Shown here: positions 28,773 through 37,557 of the stretch, piece by piece
Position numbering within the stretch: the first letter of the stretch is position 1
Layout: every line of letters begins with the position of its first letter
Assembly: GCA_041946735.1 (NCBI GenBank)
Contig: JBHGAY010000003.1
Location: forward strand, 96,001-160,000
Source: Candidatus Eiseniibacteriota bacterium
Lineage (GTDB): Bacteria; Eisenbacteria; RBG-16-71-46; CAIMUX01; VGJL01
Length of the DNA stretch: 64,000 nucleotides
Reading direction: 5' to 3'
Made by a program: the position numbers and the translations under genes
Notes under the pieces: generated by a model
Database searches by the model: none
What the model saw: only the letters and a program-made list of their open reading frames with translations
Told to the model about the DNA's origin: nothing

Positions 28773-31700
28773 CCGGGCCCGAGCTGTCCTCCGAGGAGAT
28801 TCTCGAGCAGGCGCTGGCGCTCGATCCGGCGCGGCGGCTCGCCTTCCTCGAGCGAGCCTGCGGCAAGAATCGCGAGCGCTTCGACGATCTCGCCTCTCTG
28901 TTGGCCATCCACGACCGATTCCCCGAGCTGCTGCAGCGCCCCGGCGACCGCGTGGATCCAGCCTCTCCGCTCCCTTCGACGATCGGCGGCTATCGAGTCC
29001 TGCGCGAGATCGGCCGCGGCGGCATGGGAGTGGTGGTTCTCGCGGAGGACGAACGTCTGCACCGGCTGGTGGCGCTGAAGCTGCTGCCCGACCCGCTCGC
29101 GCGCGATGCTGCGGCCCGGGCGCGCTTCGAACGGGAGGCGCAGCTGCTGGCGGCGATGAACCATCCGAACATCGCGACGATCTACTCCCTCGAGCAGGAC
29201 GAAGAGCAGAACCTCCGCTTCCTGGCGATGGAGTTCCTGGAAGGAGATTCGCTCGCGGAGCGGCTCGCCGGAGGCCCGCTCCCCCTGGCGCGGTCGCTCG
29301 CGATCGCGCGGCAGGTCGCCCGTGCGCTGGAGGCGGCCCACGAGAAGGGGATCGTGCATCGCGATCTTAAGCCGTCGAACGTGATCGTCGGCAAGGACGG
29401 CCGTGTCAAGGTCCTCGACTTCGGGCTCGCACGTTCCTTGAGGCGAGAGGTGACGGACGCCGACGAATCGGGGACCGTAATGGGGACTCCCGGCTACATG
29501 GGTCCCGAACAATTCTCCCGCTCCGATGTCGATCCACGGACGGACATCTGGTCCTTCGGCTGTCTGCTCTTCGAATGTCTCTCCGGCGCTCCTGCCTTCG
29601 GCGGCCGCACCCCTTCGGAAGCGATGCGTCTCACCGTATCGGCGAGCCCCGACTGGTCCCGCCTGCCGCCTTCCACTCCGCCGCGCGTCCGTGACCTGCT
29701 CCGCCGCTGTCTCGAGAAGGGCCTCGACGCGCGGCTCCCGAACATCCGGCTCGCGCGCCGGGAGCTCGAGGAGGAGATGGCGGAGCGCTCGATCCTCCGC
29801 CGCCGTCCGCCGCCCGCGACCGTGCGGGGCGCGGCTTCGGCGGGGAACGTCCCGCACCTCCTGGATCGGTTCGTTGGCCGGGCGCGCGAGCAGAGGGAGA
29901 TTGGCCGGTTGCTGCGCCGTTGCCGCCTCGTGACGGTCACGGGACCGGGGGGATGCGGCAAGACGCGGCTCGCGCAGCAGGTCGCCCGCGCGCGGGCATC
30001 CACATTTCGGGACGGCGTTTGGCTCGCCGACCTTTCTGCCGCGGGTGATACGGAGCAGGCGGCGGCGCGGATCGCCTCCGCCCTCCGGCTGCGGGATCGA
30101 GCGATGGAGCATCCGCTCTTCGATTCGTTGCTCGAGTGGATCGGTCCCCGCGAAATGCTTCTGCTCCTGGACGGCTGTGAGCGATCCGGCGAGGTGGTCC
30201 GCGAGCTGCTCGAGCGCTGCCCCCGCTTGAAGGTCCTCGCGACGGCGCTCGGCCCCCTCGGGATACGGGGGGAGGCCGTGCTCCGCCTCGGAATGCTCCT
30301 CGATCCGGAACTCCCGGATCGCTCGACGGATCTCGCCCCCCTACTCGCGAGCCCATCCGTGCAGCTCTTCGTCGACCGATGGGGGCACCCGCTCACTTCC
30401 GAGAATGCCTCGGCCGTCCTCGAGATCTGCCGCCTGGCCGAGGGGATGCCGCTTGCACTCGAACTCGCGGCTGCGGCCGCGCAACTGCTCCCTGTGGCGG
30501 ACCTCGCCCAGCGCCTGACCTCGCGGTCTCCCGTTCCGGGATGGGAGGGCCGGACCGGCTGGATCGATCGCGCGCAATCGCTTCTCGACCCGATCGACCG
30601 CGAAACGTTCCAGCGCCTCTCGGTCTTCCGCGGCGGATGGAGCCTCGACGACGCCGAGGCGGTCTGCTCCGGCGAAGGACTCGCCCCTTGGGATCTCCTC
30701 GACCGGATCGCCCGGCTGCGCGACCGCTCCCTGATCGAGCCGGATGACGAAGGCACGCGAGCGACCGGTCAAGCGCGCTGGCGGATGCTGGAAGCGATCC
30801 GCCGTTTCGCGGCCGAGCAGCTTCCGGCGGCAGAGTCGCAGCGGCTCCGAATCCTCCATCGCGATCACTTCGTCGCGCTCTCCGAACGGCTGGAAACGGA
30901 GCTGACCGGACCCGCGCAGAGGCAGGCGGTTTCACGACTCGAGGCGGAGTACGAGAACCTGCGCGCCGCGCTCGACGAAAGCCTCGATCCGCAGGCGCAG
31001 GCGTCCGAGATCGCCTTGCGTATCGCCGGCAGTCTTGGCCGGTTCCTGCTCCTGCAGGGACGATGGACGGAGGGGCGCACGTGGATCGCGCGGGCGCTCG
31101 AAGCTGCGCGAACTTCTCCTTGGGACGGCCATCATCCCCGGCTCGGGAGAGACGCGACCCAGGCGGCGCCGCCGGCCTCCGCGTTTGCCAAGGCGCTACA
31201 CTGGGAGGCCAACCTGGCGGAACGCCAGGGCGATCTCGAAGCGGCGCGCCGTGCGAGTGAAGAGAGCCTTGCGATCTGGCGCGCGCGGGGCGAAGAGAAG
31301 AACGTCGCCCGCCTCCTGAACAATCTCGCAAACCTTGCGTCAAGACAGGGGAATGCGGAGCGTGCCGAGAGATTGTATGCGGAGGCGCTTGCCATCCACG
31401 AGAGGGGGGATGACCGGCTTGATATGGCCCATATCTGGAACAACCTCGGCGCGCTGCACGCGGGGCGAGGGGACTTCGCCAAGGCGCGATCATGCTTCGA
31501 GAGGAGCGTTGATCTGAAGCGAATGCTCGGTGATCGCGCGGGGGTGGCGGCGGGTCTGCAGAACCTCGGGGCGCTGGCTGGCATCCAGCGGGATTTCGAG
31601 GCGGCGCGGTCCTTCCTTCGCGAGGCGATGGCGGTCCGCGAGGAGACCGGATCGGGAGAGGCCGTGGCGGTCGTCTCGTACAACCTCGGGCAGCTGGAGT

Positions 31701-32128
31701 GCGAGGCGGGCAACTGGGAGCAGGGGGAGGTTCTCCTGCGCCGCTCGCTTCTGCTGCGCCGGGAGCTGGACGATCGTCCCGGCATCGCGGAGGCGCTCGA
31801 ATCGCTGGCCGAAGTGGCGGCGGCGATCGGCGAGCCTCTGCGCGCCGCACGGCTCGCCGGAGCTGCGGAGGCGGCCGGAGGCGGTCCGGCATGGAGTGCC
31901 GCCGGCAAAGACGCGAGCGGCCAGCCCGCTCGATCCGGCGCGCTCGCGGGATGGCTCGCGAGGGCGGAGAACGAGATCGGGTCCGAGGCGTTTGAGGCCG
32001 CCCGCCTCATCGGGCGGACGATGACATTGGAACAGGCGATCGCGTATGTCCAGCGCGGCGTGGCAGCCGCACCTTCGGCAAGCAGGAGAGTGAAGCGCCA
32101 AGCCAGGAAGAAAGACGGCCCTCGCTGA
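28769..32128 (+). CDS. Cytoplasmic Ser/Thr protein kinase fused to a STAND-like ATPase and TPR repeats
   Basis: TTGA overlap with the sigma gene; GRGGMG, VALK, HRDLKPSN, DFGLA, GTPGYMGPE; FVGR..E, GPGGCGKT, LLLLDGCE, GMPLALELAA, LSVFRGG; TPR-like NNLG/NLG repeats; no transmembrane helix seen. Confidence 0.9.
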   Translation: MTGPELSSEEILEQALALDPARRLAFLERACGKNRERFDDLASLLAIHDRFPELLQRPGDRVDPASPLPSTIGGYRVLREIGRGGMGVVVLAEDERLHRLVALKLLPDPLARDAAARARFEREAQLLAAMNHPNIATIYSLEQDEEQNLRFLAMEFLEGDSLAERLAGGPLPLARSLAIARQVARALEAAHEKGIVHRDLKPSNVIVGKDGRVKVLDFGLARSLRREVTDADESGTVMGTPGYMGPEQFSRSDVDPRTDIWSFGCLLFECLSGAPAFGGRTPSEAMRLTVSASPDWSRLPPSTPPRVRDLLRRCLEKGLDARLPNIRLARRELEEEMAERSILRRRPPPATVRGAASAGNVPHLLDRFVGRAREQREIGRLLRRCRLVTVTGPGGCGKTRLAQQVARARASTFRDGVWLADLSAAGDTEQAAARIASALRLRDRAMEHPLFDSLLEWIGPREMLLLLDGCERSGEVVRELLERCPRLKVLATALGPLGIRGEAVLRLGMLLDPELPDRSTDLAPLLASPSVQLFVDRWGHPLTSENASAVLEICRLAEGMPLALELAAAAAQLLPVADLAQRLTSRSPVPGWEGRTGWIDRAQSLLDPIDRETFQRLSVFRGGWSLDDAEAVCSGEGLAPWDLLDRIARLRDRSLIEPDDEGTRATGQARWRMLEAIRRFAAEQLPAAESQRLRILHRDHFVALSERLETELTGPAQRQAVSRLEAEYENLRAALDESLDPQAQASEIALRIAGSLGRFLLLQGRWTEGRTWIARALEAARTSPWDGHHPRLGRDATQAAPPASAFAKALHWEANLAERQGDLEAARRASEESLAIWRARGEEKNVARLLNNLANLASRQGNAERAERLYAEALAIHERGDDRLDMAHIWNNLGALHAGRGDFAKARSCFERSVDLKRMLGDRAGVAAGLQNLGALAGIQRDFEAARSFLREAMAVREETGSGEAVAVVSYNLGQLECEAGNWEQGEVLLRRSLLLRRELDDRPGIAEALESLAEVAAAIGEPLRAARLAGAAEAAGGGPAWSAAGKDASGQPARSGALAGWLARAENEIGSEAFEAARLIGRTMTLEQAIAYVQRGVAAAPSASRRVKRQARKKDGPR

Positions 32129-32327
32129 GGCATCGCTCACCTCACCCGGCCAGATTGGCGCTCCGTTGCAGCTCACTTCGCCGCGCCATGCAAGGACTCC
32201 GCCGGTGGGAAGCATCCGGCGGGGTCGCATCGGAGATCGAACCGTCCTGTGCCCTGCCGTCATGTTTCAGCGGGCTCGGCGCGGCCGGCGGGTGCTCTGC
32301 GTCGGCCAAGCCTGGAGGTGGCTTTCG

Positions 32328-32981
32328 ATGATCTCCGTGTGGATCGAGCCGTTCGGCGAGACCTGGTATGCGGTGGCCCACCACGGTCGCCGCCTGGTGG
32401 CCACCGCCACCGGCCTCGACGCATCGCGAGCCGAACGATCCTTGCGCCTCTCCCTACCCGGAGGCGCTCCTTGCGAGAGGACGATGGAGGGTTCGGAATA
32501 CTGGGAGTACGCGCGTGGCGTGACGCGCATGCTCGCGCGGCTCGAAGCCGGGGATGTCGAGTTCGCTGCGTTCGAACTCTGTCCGGACTGCGTTCACGAG
32601 CCGGTCGCCTCCGTCGCGCGCGTGGCTTCTGCGATCCCTCGCGGTTTCGTCGCCACCTACGGCGGGATCGCGGTGGCGGCCGGCACAGAAGCCCGCGTGG
32701 TCGGCCGCATCATGGCGACCAATCCCCTCTATCCGATCATTCCCTGCCACCGCGTGGTCGGGGCGGACCTCGCGCTCGTCGGATACAACGGCAGACAGGA
32801 TCGGCCGGCCCTGCGAGCGAAACTGGAGCGGCTTCGCGCCGAGGCGAAGGGATTCACGAAGCATCGGACGATCCCAGCGCTGATCGGCGGCGCCGACCTC
32901 GACCTCTATCCCGTCGAAGCCGTACTCGAGAAAGCGAGCCGCGAGGATCCTCGCGACGGGGGACAGCAATCGTTGTGGTGA
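32328..32981 (+). CDS. Methylated-DNA--protein-cysteine methyltransferase (MGMT/Ogt family)
   Basis: GGAGG ribosome-binding site; IPRGFVATYG.IA, RVVG..MATNP, IIPCHRVV active site. Confidence 0.88.
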   Translation: MISVWIEPFGETWYAVAHHGRRLVATATGLDASRAERSLRLSLPGGAPCERTMEGSEYWEYARGVTRMLARLEAGDVEFAAFELCPDCVHEPVASVARVASAIPRGFVATYGGIAVAAGTEARVVGRIMATNPLYPIIPCHRVVGADLALVGYNGRQDRPALRAKLERLRAEAKGFTKHRTIPALIGGADLDLYPVEAVLEKASREDPRDGGQQSLW

Positions 32982-33235
32982 AGGGCACAAGCGTGCGGTA
33001 GCTGGCCCTTTTCAGGATGGAGGGCCGCCGTGGCCGTCCCCATCAGGCCCGCCCGCTTGAAGCGACCCAATTGGGCAGCTATACTCGTTCCTCGGCGCTT
33101 CGGGCACCGGGCGCGCGAGAGCTCTTTCCTCTCTCGTGCCCTCGGAAGTGTTGCAGGCCAAACTTGCAGGCCCTTTTCTGGCCTCTCCGCACGGTGAGCG
33201 AAGGACTTCCTCGGCTTCTGACTGGGAGGTGCCGC

Positions 33236-33916
33236 ATGAACAAGTCGCTCTTCATCGAGTCGCTCTGCCTCCTTGGCGTCATCTCGTTCTGCGCGGCCGT
33301 CGCCGGGCCGGCCTTGGCGGGCGCTACTCGAGCCACGATCCCGGACGGCGCGGTAATCGTTTCCCCGCACGATGGCCAGTCGCGGGTGCCGTGTGACGTC
33401 GAGATCCGTTACGACGACGGAGAGGACGACTCCCCGGATTCCGGGCCGGTGCTCGGCTGGTCCAGCGAGACCGAGTATCAGTACCTGGGGGTGATCTTCA
33501 CCGCACCGGTGGGCGAGGACTTCCTGGTGCAGAGCGCGAGCTGGTACTCCGACTTCTGGGTGTTCGAAGGCGACGTCGACGTGACCGCCTACGAGATCAA
33601 CGATCCGGCGAACACCGCGACCGAAACGCTCTACATCGATGCCGGTGGGACGTATGCGGTCGAGTTCTCGACCCCGATCTGCGTTCCGGGTGGGACGGAC
33701 TACGTCGTGATGCTCTGTCCCGGTCACTGGGTGGAAGGCGTGCTTGGAGAGGACTGGGACGAGCCGGACTACCGGTCCTACTTCTCCAGGACGACCTGCG
33801 ATCCGTTGGTCAACTACGGGCCGTCCGACTTCATGCTCTGGTCGTGCGTGACTCCCTGCGGGCCGACATCGGTCCGGTCGGGGAGCTGGGGAAGGATCCG
33901 GACGATGTTCCGCTGA
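33236..33916 (+). CDS. Secreted hypothetical protein with C-terminal SWG tail
   Basis: GGGAGG ribosome-binding site; signal peptide ending ALA; YDDG motif; ends TSVRSGSWGRIRTMFR*. Confidence 0.8.
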   Translation: MNKSLFIESLCLLGVISFCAAVAGPALAGATRATIPDGAVIVSPHDGQSRVPCDVEIRYDDGEDDSPDSGPVLGWSSETEYQYLGVIFTAPVGEDFLVQSASWYSDFWVFEGDVDVTAYEINDPANTATETLYIDAGGTYAVEFSTPICVPGGTDYVVMLCPGHWVEGVLGEDWDEPDYRSYFSRTTCDPLVNYGPSDFMLWSCVTPCGPTSVRSGSWGRIRTMFR

Positions 33917-33981
33917 TCTTCCGCGGCCGGTCGATCGACGATGCGCGTGATCAGGGAAGAAACACGCAACGGGGGTATTTG

Positions 33982-35466
33982 ATGCAATCCAACCGGAGTC
34001 GAGCGTTCTGGCCGCTGTTCTTGTACATTGTCTTGATCTGTGCGTGCGCGCCGGCGGCATTCGCTCAGGACCCGGGATCCGGCCCATTCGAGATACGGAC
34101 CGACGTGCCCTGCCTCACCAACGCGCAACGAGAAGCGATCGTGGCGGAGATCTCCCGCAGCGAGGCGATGCTGCAACGCGCGGGCCTTCTCCTTCCCGCC
34201 GATCCGCTTCGTGTCGTTTCCTTCGACTGGCCATTGAGTCCCTGGAACGGACTTTCCGACTACGGCTATCACGGTATCTCGGCGCTGGTCGATCACGATC
34301 CTTCCTATCCGGATCACCTCCGGGATTACGAGTGCGGCACGCGGACGTACGACCAGGCGAATGGCTACAACCACCGGGGGACAGACTTTTTCACCTGGCC
34401 CTTCTCCTGGTACAAGATGGACCACGACCAGGTGGCGGTCGTGGCGGCGGCGCCCGGTCAGATCACCCTGAAGTCGGACGGCCACTACGATCGCAACTGC
34501 GGCACCGGCGCCGACGTCTGGAACGCCGTCTATGTGCGCCATGCCGACGGGTCGACGGCCTGGTACGGGCACATGAAGAACGGTTCGCTCACCTCGAAGC
34601 CGGTCGGCGCGCTCGTCGAAGCGGGAGAATACCTCGGGATCGTGGGCAGCTCCGGCAATTCCACCGGGCCGCACCTCCATCTCGAGGTATACGACGCCGG
34701 GGGACACCTGATCGATCCATGGGCCGGCCCGTGCAACGGGACGATCGAGCAATCGTGGTGGACGGACCAGCGCCCGTACTACGACTCCGCCGTCAACGCC
34801 GTCCTGACGCACTGGATGCCCCCGTCCTTCCCCCCCTGCCCGCAGACCGAGGATCCGCGAACGAGCGACGTCTTCTCGCCGGGCGCCGTCGTCTACTTCG
34901 CGGCCTACTATCGCGATCAGCTCCAAGGGCAGCTGAGCGAGTACACCGTCCGGCGTCCGGATGGGATGCCGCAGTACCACTGGACGCATAGCAGCCCGGC
35001 TCCGTACTACGCGGCGTCCTATTGGTACTGGAACCGCGTGATTCCTTCGGGCGCTCCTCTCGGGGTGTGGACATTCGAGGTCGTGTTCGAGGGCGAGACG
35101 TACACCCACTCCTTCGTCGTCGGCACCGAGGCGGACGTCAATGCAGGCGAGCTCGCCGGCGCCGGCGTTCCCTGGATCCATCTCCAAGCCTTCCCCAATC
35201 CTTTCGAGGGGGAGACGAAGGTGAGTTGGGATCGAGCTGCTGGCGACGGCGAAAGGGCCGGCGCTCGCGCGGGCGGTCGGACCGTCCTCGCAATCCACGA
35301 CGCTTCGGGCCGCCGCGTGCGCGTGTGGGCCCTGTCTCCCGGAGCCCAGTCGTTCTTCTGGAACGGAGAGGACGAGTCGGGGCGCAGACTCCCGCCCGGG
35401 ATCTACGTGGCTCGGCTGGACGCGGGCGGCGCGACGGGGACGTTGAAGCTGATCGTGTCGCGATGA
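33982..35466 (+). CDS. Secreted M23 family peptidase with FlgD/T9SS-like C-terminal domain
   Basis: Signal ending AFA; HRGTD, VVAAAPG, YGHMK, GSSGNSTGPHLHLEV; AFPNPF..IHDASGRRVR..WNGEDESGRRLPPGIY..KLIVSR. Confidence 0.88.
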   Translation: MQSNRSRAFWPLFLYIVLICACAPAAFAQDPGSGPFEIRTDVPCLTNAQREAIVAEISRSEAMLQRAGLLLPADPLRVVSFDWPLSPWNGLSDYGYHGISALVDHDPSYPDHLRDYECGTRTYDQANGYNHRGTDFFTWPFSWYKMDHDQVAVVAAAPGQITLKSDGHYDRNCGTGADVWNAVYVRHADGSTAWYGHMKNGSLTSKPVGALVEAGEYLGIVGSSGNSTGPHLHLEVYDAGGHLIDPWAGPCNGTIEQSWWTDQRPYYDSAVNAVLTHWMPPSFPPCPQTEDPRTSDVFSPGAVVYFAAYYRDQLQGQLSEYTVRRPDGMPQYHWTHSSPAPYYAASYWYWNRVIPSGAPLGVWTFEVVFEGETYTHSFVVGTEADVNAGELAGAGVPWIHLQAFPNPFEGETKVSWDRAAGDGERAGARAGGRTVLAIHDASGRRVRVWALSPGAQSFFWNGEDESGRRLPPGIYVARLDAGGATGTLKLIVSR

Positions 35467-35536
35467 CTGCCGGGATGGGGAAGTAGCACCGAAGATCCGC
35501 GGCGAAGGGGTCGCGCCGAGGATTCCGGGCGGACTC

Positions 35537-37534
35537 CTATACCTGCAGGTGACGGCTGCCCGGCCCGGTCAGGAACTCCAGGGGGCCGAGGTACTCGCTA
35601 CGCGGGTAGACATGGAAGCGTGCTCGGTCTTCCGCGTCCTCGTGGATCAGAATCCGCAGCCGGCCGCGCTTGAGCTTGCTCCATCGAATGCCGTCGACGG
35701 TCTCGCGAGGAAGGAGCTGGCGTGCGGCGACCGGCATCGATTCATAGTAGCGAAGCGCCCGGACGATGCTCTCCACCTTGATGACCGTCTCGATCCCTTC
35801 TTCCCGGAAGTGCGTGGCGAAGCGGCCCACGTTCTCGGGGTCGGCGCTTCCGAGCGGGACGCCGGGATCGGAGGGACGTTGGGGGTCGCGGATGAATGAC
35901 CAGGAGACCGGCGCCGTTCCCTCGATCTCCTCCATCGCGGCCGCTTTCGCCGCCGCTGCGACCGCCGCCCGCTCCCGCGCCGCGGCGCGCGCTGCCGTCG
36001 CTGCCGCCACTGCCGCCGCACGCTCCCGCTCCTCCTCCTCGGCTTCCACCTCCTCCGGCGTCTTCGGTGGAGCGGGACGCGCCGCGCCGGCGCCTCCCTC
36101 CGCGATCTGCTCGAGCGCGGCTTCCCGCATCGCGACCGCGATCTCATGGGCATGCGGGAAGACGAATTCACTGCACATCCGGCGCAGGTCGTCCTTTTGC
36201 GCATCGCTCATCTCTTCCAGCCGGATGAGGTAGCGCGCAGCCGCGTCCCGGATGCGGCCCGCGCTTGCCATGAGCGGCTCGGGACACCGGGCGGCATCGG
36301 GCGAGGAGAGATCGCCGTATGGCGCGGGGCCCGCCTCGAGGATCTCGTCGATGGGCGTCGACTCGGCGACGAGCCAGGGGGCGATCCGGCGCGCGAGGAG
36401 CGACCGCGCCCTCGCTGCTGCGGGCGGCACCGGGACGCGATGCAACTGGCGCGGTCCATGGATAAGCCGATCGACGAGCTGCGAGGCCCAGGGAGCGATC
36501 GAGCCGCGCGCGTCGATCCCTCCGGAGACGAGCAGCAGTCCGCGCAGCACGAGGAACCAGAATTCCGGCTCCCAAAGCATCGGAAGGACGATCGGTTCCC
36601 AGTCCTTTTCGTCCTTCAGCACGTCCCGTTCCACCCGATCCGGCCCCACCTGAGCGTAGCTGGCGTCGAGCTCGCGAAACCGGAGGGTCAGGAGAGTGAC
36701 CAGGAAGCGAGTGTGCGGGTCTTGGCGCTTCTCGAGGACGTCCGTGGCTTCACCGAGAAGCACCCCCGCCGTCATGCGGGCCCTCTGGTAGAACGCGATC
36801 GACTCGCGACCCGCTTTCTCGAGCCGTCGATCGAGATCGGCGAGCTTGTCCCGCTCTTCCCGCACCCGTTGAGCGAGCAGGTCCCGCGACTTGCCAGCCG
36901 GCCGGCAAAGGGAATCGAGGAGACCGAAGTCCGGCTTCCCCTCGAGATCGAGGATCTCATCGTCGTAGGGGCTCGGATGGAAGATCGCCAGGCGCCAGTC
37001 GTCCGGGTGGGTCTTGAAGTACTCGGATACGAACTGGAACATCGCCGCCTGATGCGGATGTTTTCGCATTTCGGACGTCGCCAGATCGCCGATGCTCTCG
37101 CGGACGGCGGAAGCCAACTTCTCACGAAGGATGTCCCAGAGCCCCGGCTCCTCGTAGAGCCGCGTCAACTCCTTCTTCCCTGGCAACGAGCGGAAGACGT
37201 CCCGGATCTGCTTGTACAGGTAAAGCCAACCCAGCGTCGCTTCGAGCGGATCGACACCGGCGCGCCGAGCCTCCTCGGGAAGGTCCTGGAATGTTTCGAG
37301 CGCCGCCAGACAACGCCGCGAGAGGAGCCATTCCACGGACAGCTCCTCCGTGTAGTCGACCAGCAGGCGTCCCTTGCGCATGATTTCCTGATGCTTGCGG
37401 CTCGAGTGGAAGAGCTCGACATTGCGGAGGGCGGAGAAGTAGGCATCGACGCATTCGACGACGGCGACCGGGTCCTGCTGAAGCAGGGACGGCCAGATTC
37501 GGGGAGGCGGAAATTGGAATCTGTCTTTGCGCAT
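35537..37534 (-). CDS. Hypothetical helical protein with Ala/Glu-rich linker and possible RelE-like C-terminal domain
   Basis: 665-aa ORF with protein-like composition, starting 24 bp after the TonB receptor stop; ends WSKLKRGRLRILIHEDAEDRARFHVYPRSEY. Confidence 0.7.
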   Translation of the reverse strand: MRKDRFQFPPPRIWPSLLQQDPVAVVECVDAYFSALRNVELFHSSRKHQEIMRKGRLLVDYTEELSVEWLLSRRCLAALETFQDLPEEARRAGVDPLEATLGWLYLYKQIRDVFRSLPGKKELTRLYEEPGLWDILREKLASAVRESIGDLATSEMRKHPHQAAMFQFVSEYFKTHPDDWRLAIFHPSPYDDEILDLEGKPDFGLLDSLCRPAGKSRDLLAQRVREERDKLADLDRRLEKAGRESIAFYQRARMTAGVLLGEATDVLEKRQDPHTRFLVTLLTLRFRELDASYAQVGPDRVERDVLKDEKDWEPIVLPMLWEPEFWFLVLRGLLLVSGGIDARGSIAPWASQLVDRLIHGPRQLHRVPVPPAAARARSLLARRIAPWLVAESTPIDEILEAGPAPYGDLSSPDAARCPEPLMASAGRIRDAAARYLIRLEEMSDAQKDDLRRMCSEFVFPHAHEIAVAMREAALEQIAEGGAGAARPAPPKTPEEVEAEEEERERAAAVAAATAARAAARERAAVAAAAKAAAMEEIEGTAPVSWSFIRDPQRPSDPGVPLGSADPENVGRFATHFREEGIETVIKVESIVRALRYYESMPVAARQLLPRETVDGIRWSKLKRGRLRILIHEDAEDRARFHVYPRSEYLGPLEFLTGPGSRHLQV

Positions 37535-37557
37535 GGCCTGCTCGTGTGCGCTACCAA

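Noticed and set aside
28769..32128. Kinase-ATPase-TPR protein as an Avs/NLR-like antiphage system
   Set aside because: Overlap with a kinase-associated ECF points to transcriptional signalling, and no defence-island genes flank it.
33151..33172. TTGCAGGCC direct repeat upstream of the 33236 gene
   Set aside because: Only two short copies, and not seen upstream of the other WG-tail genes.
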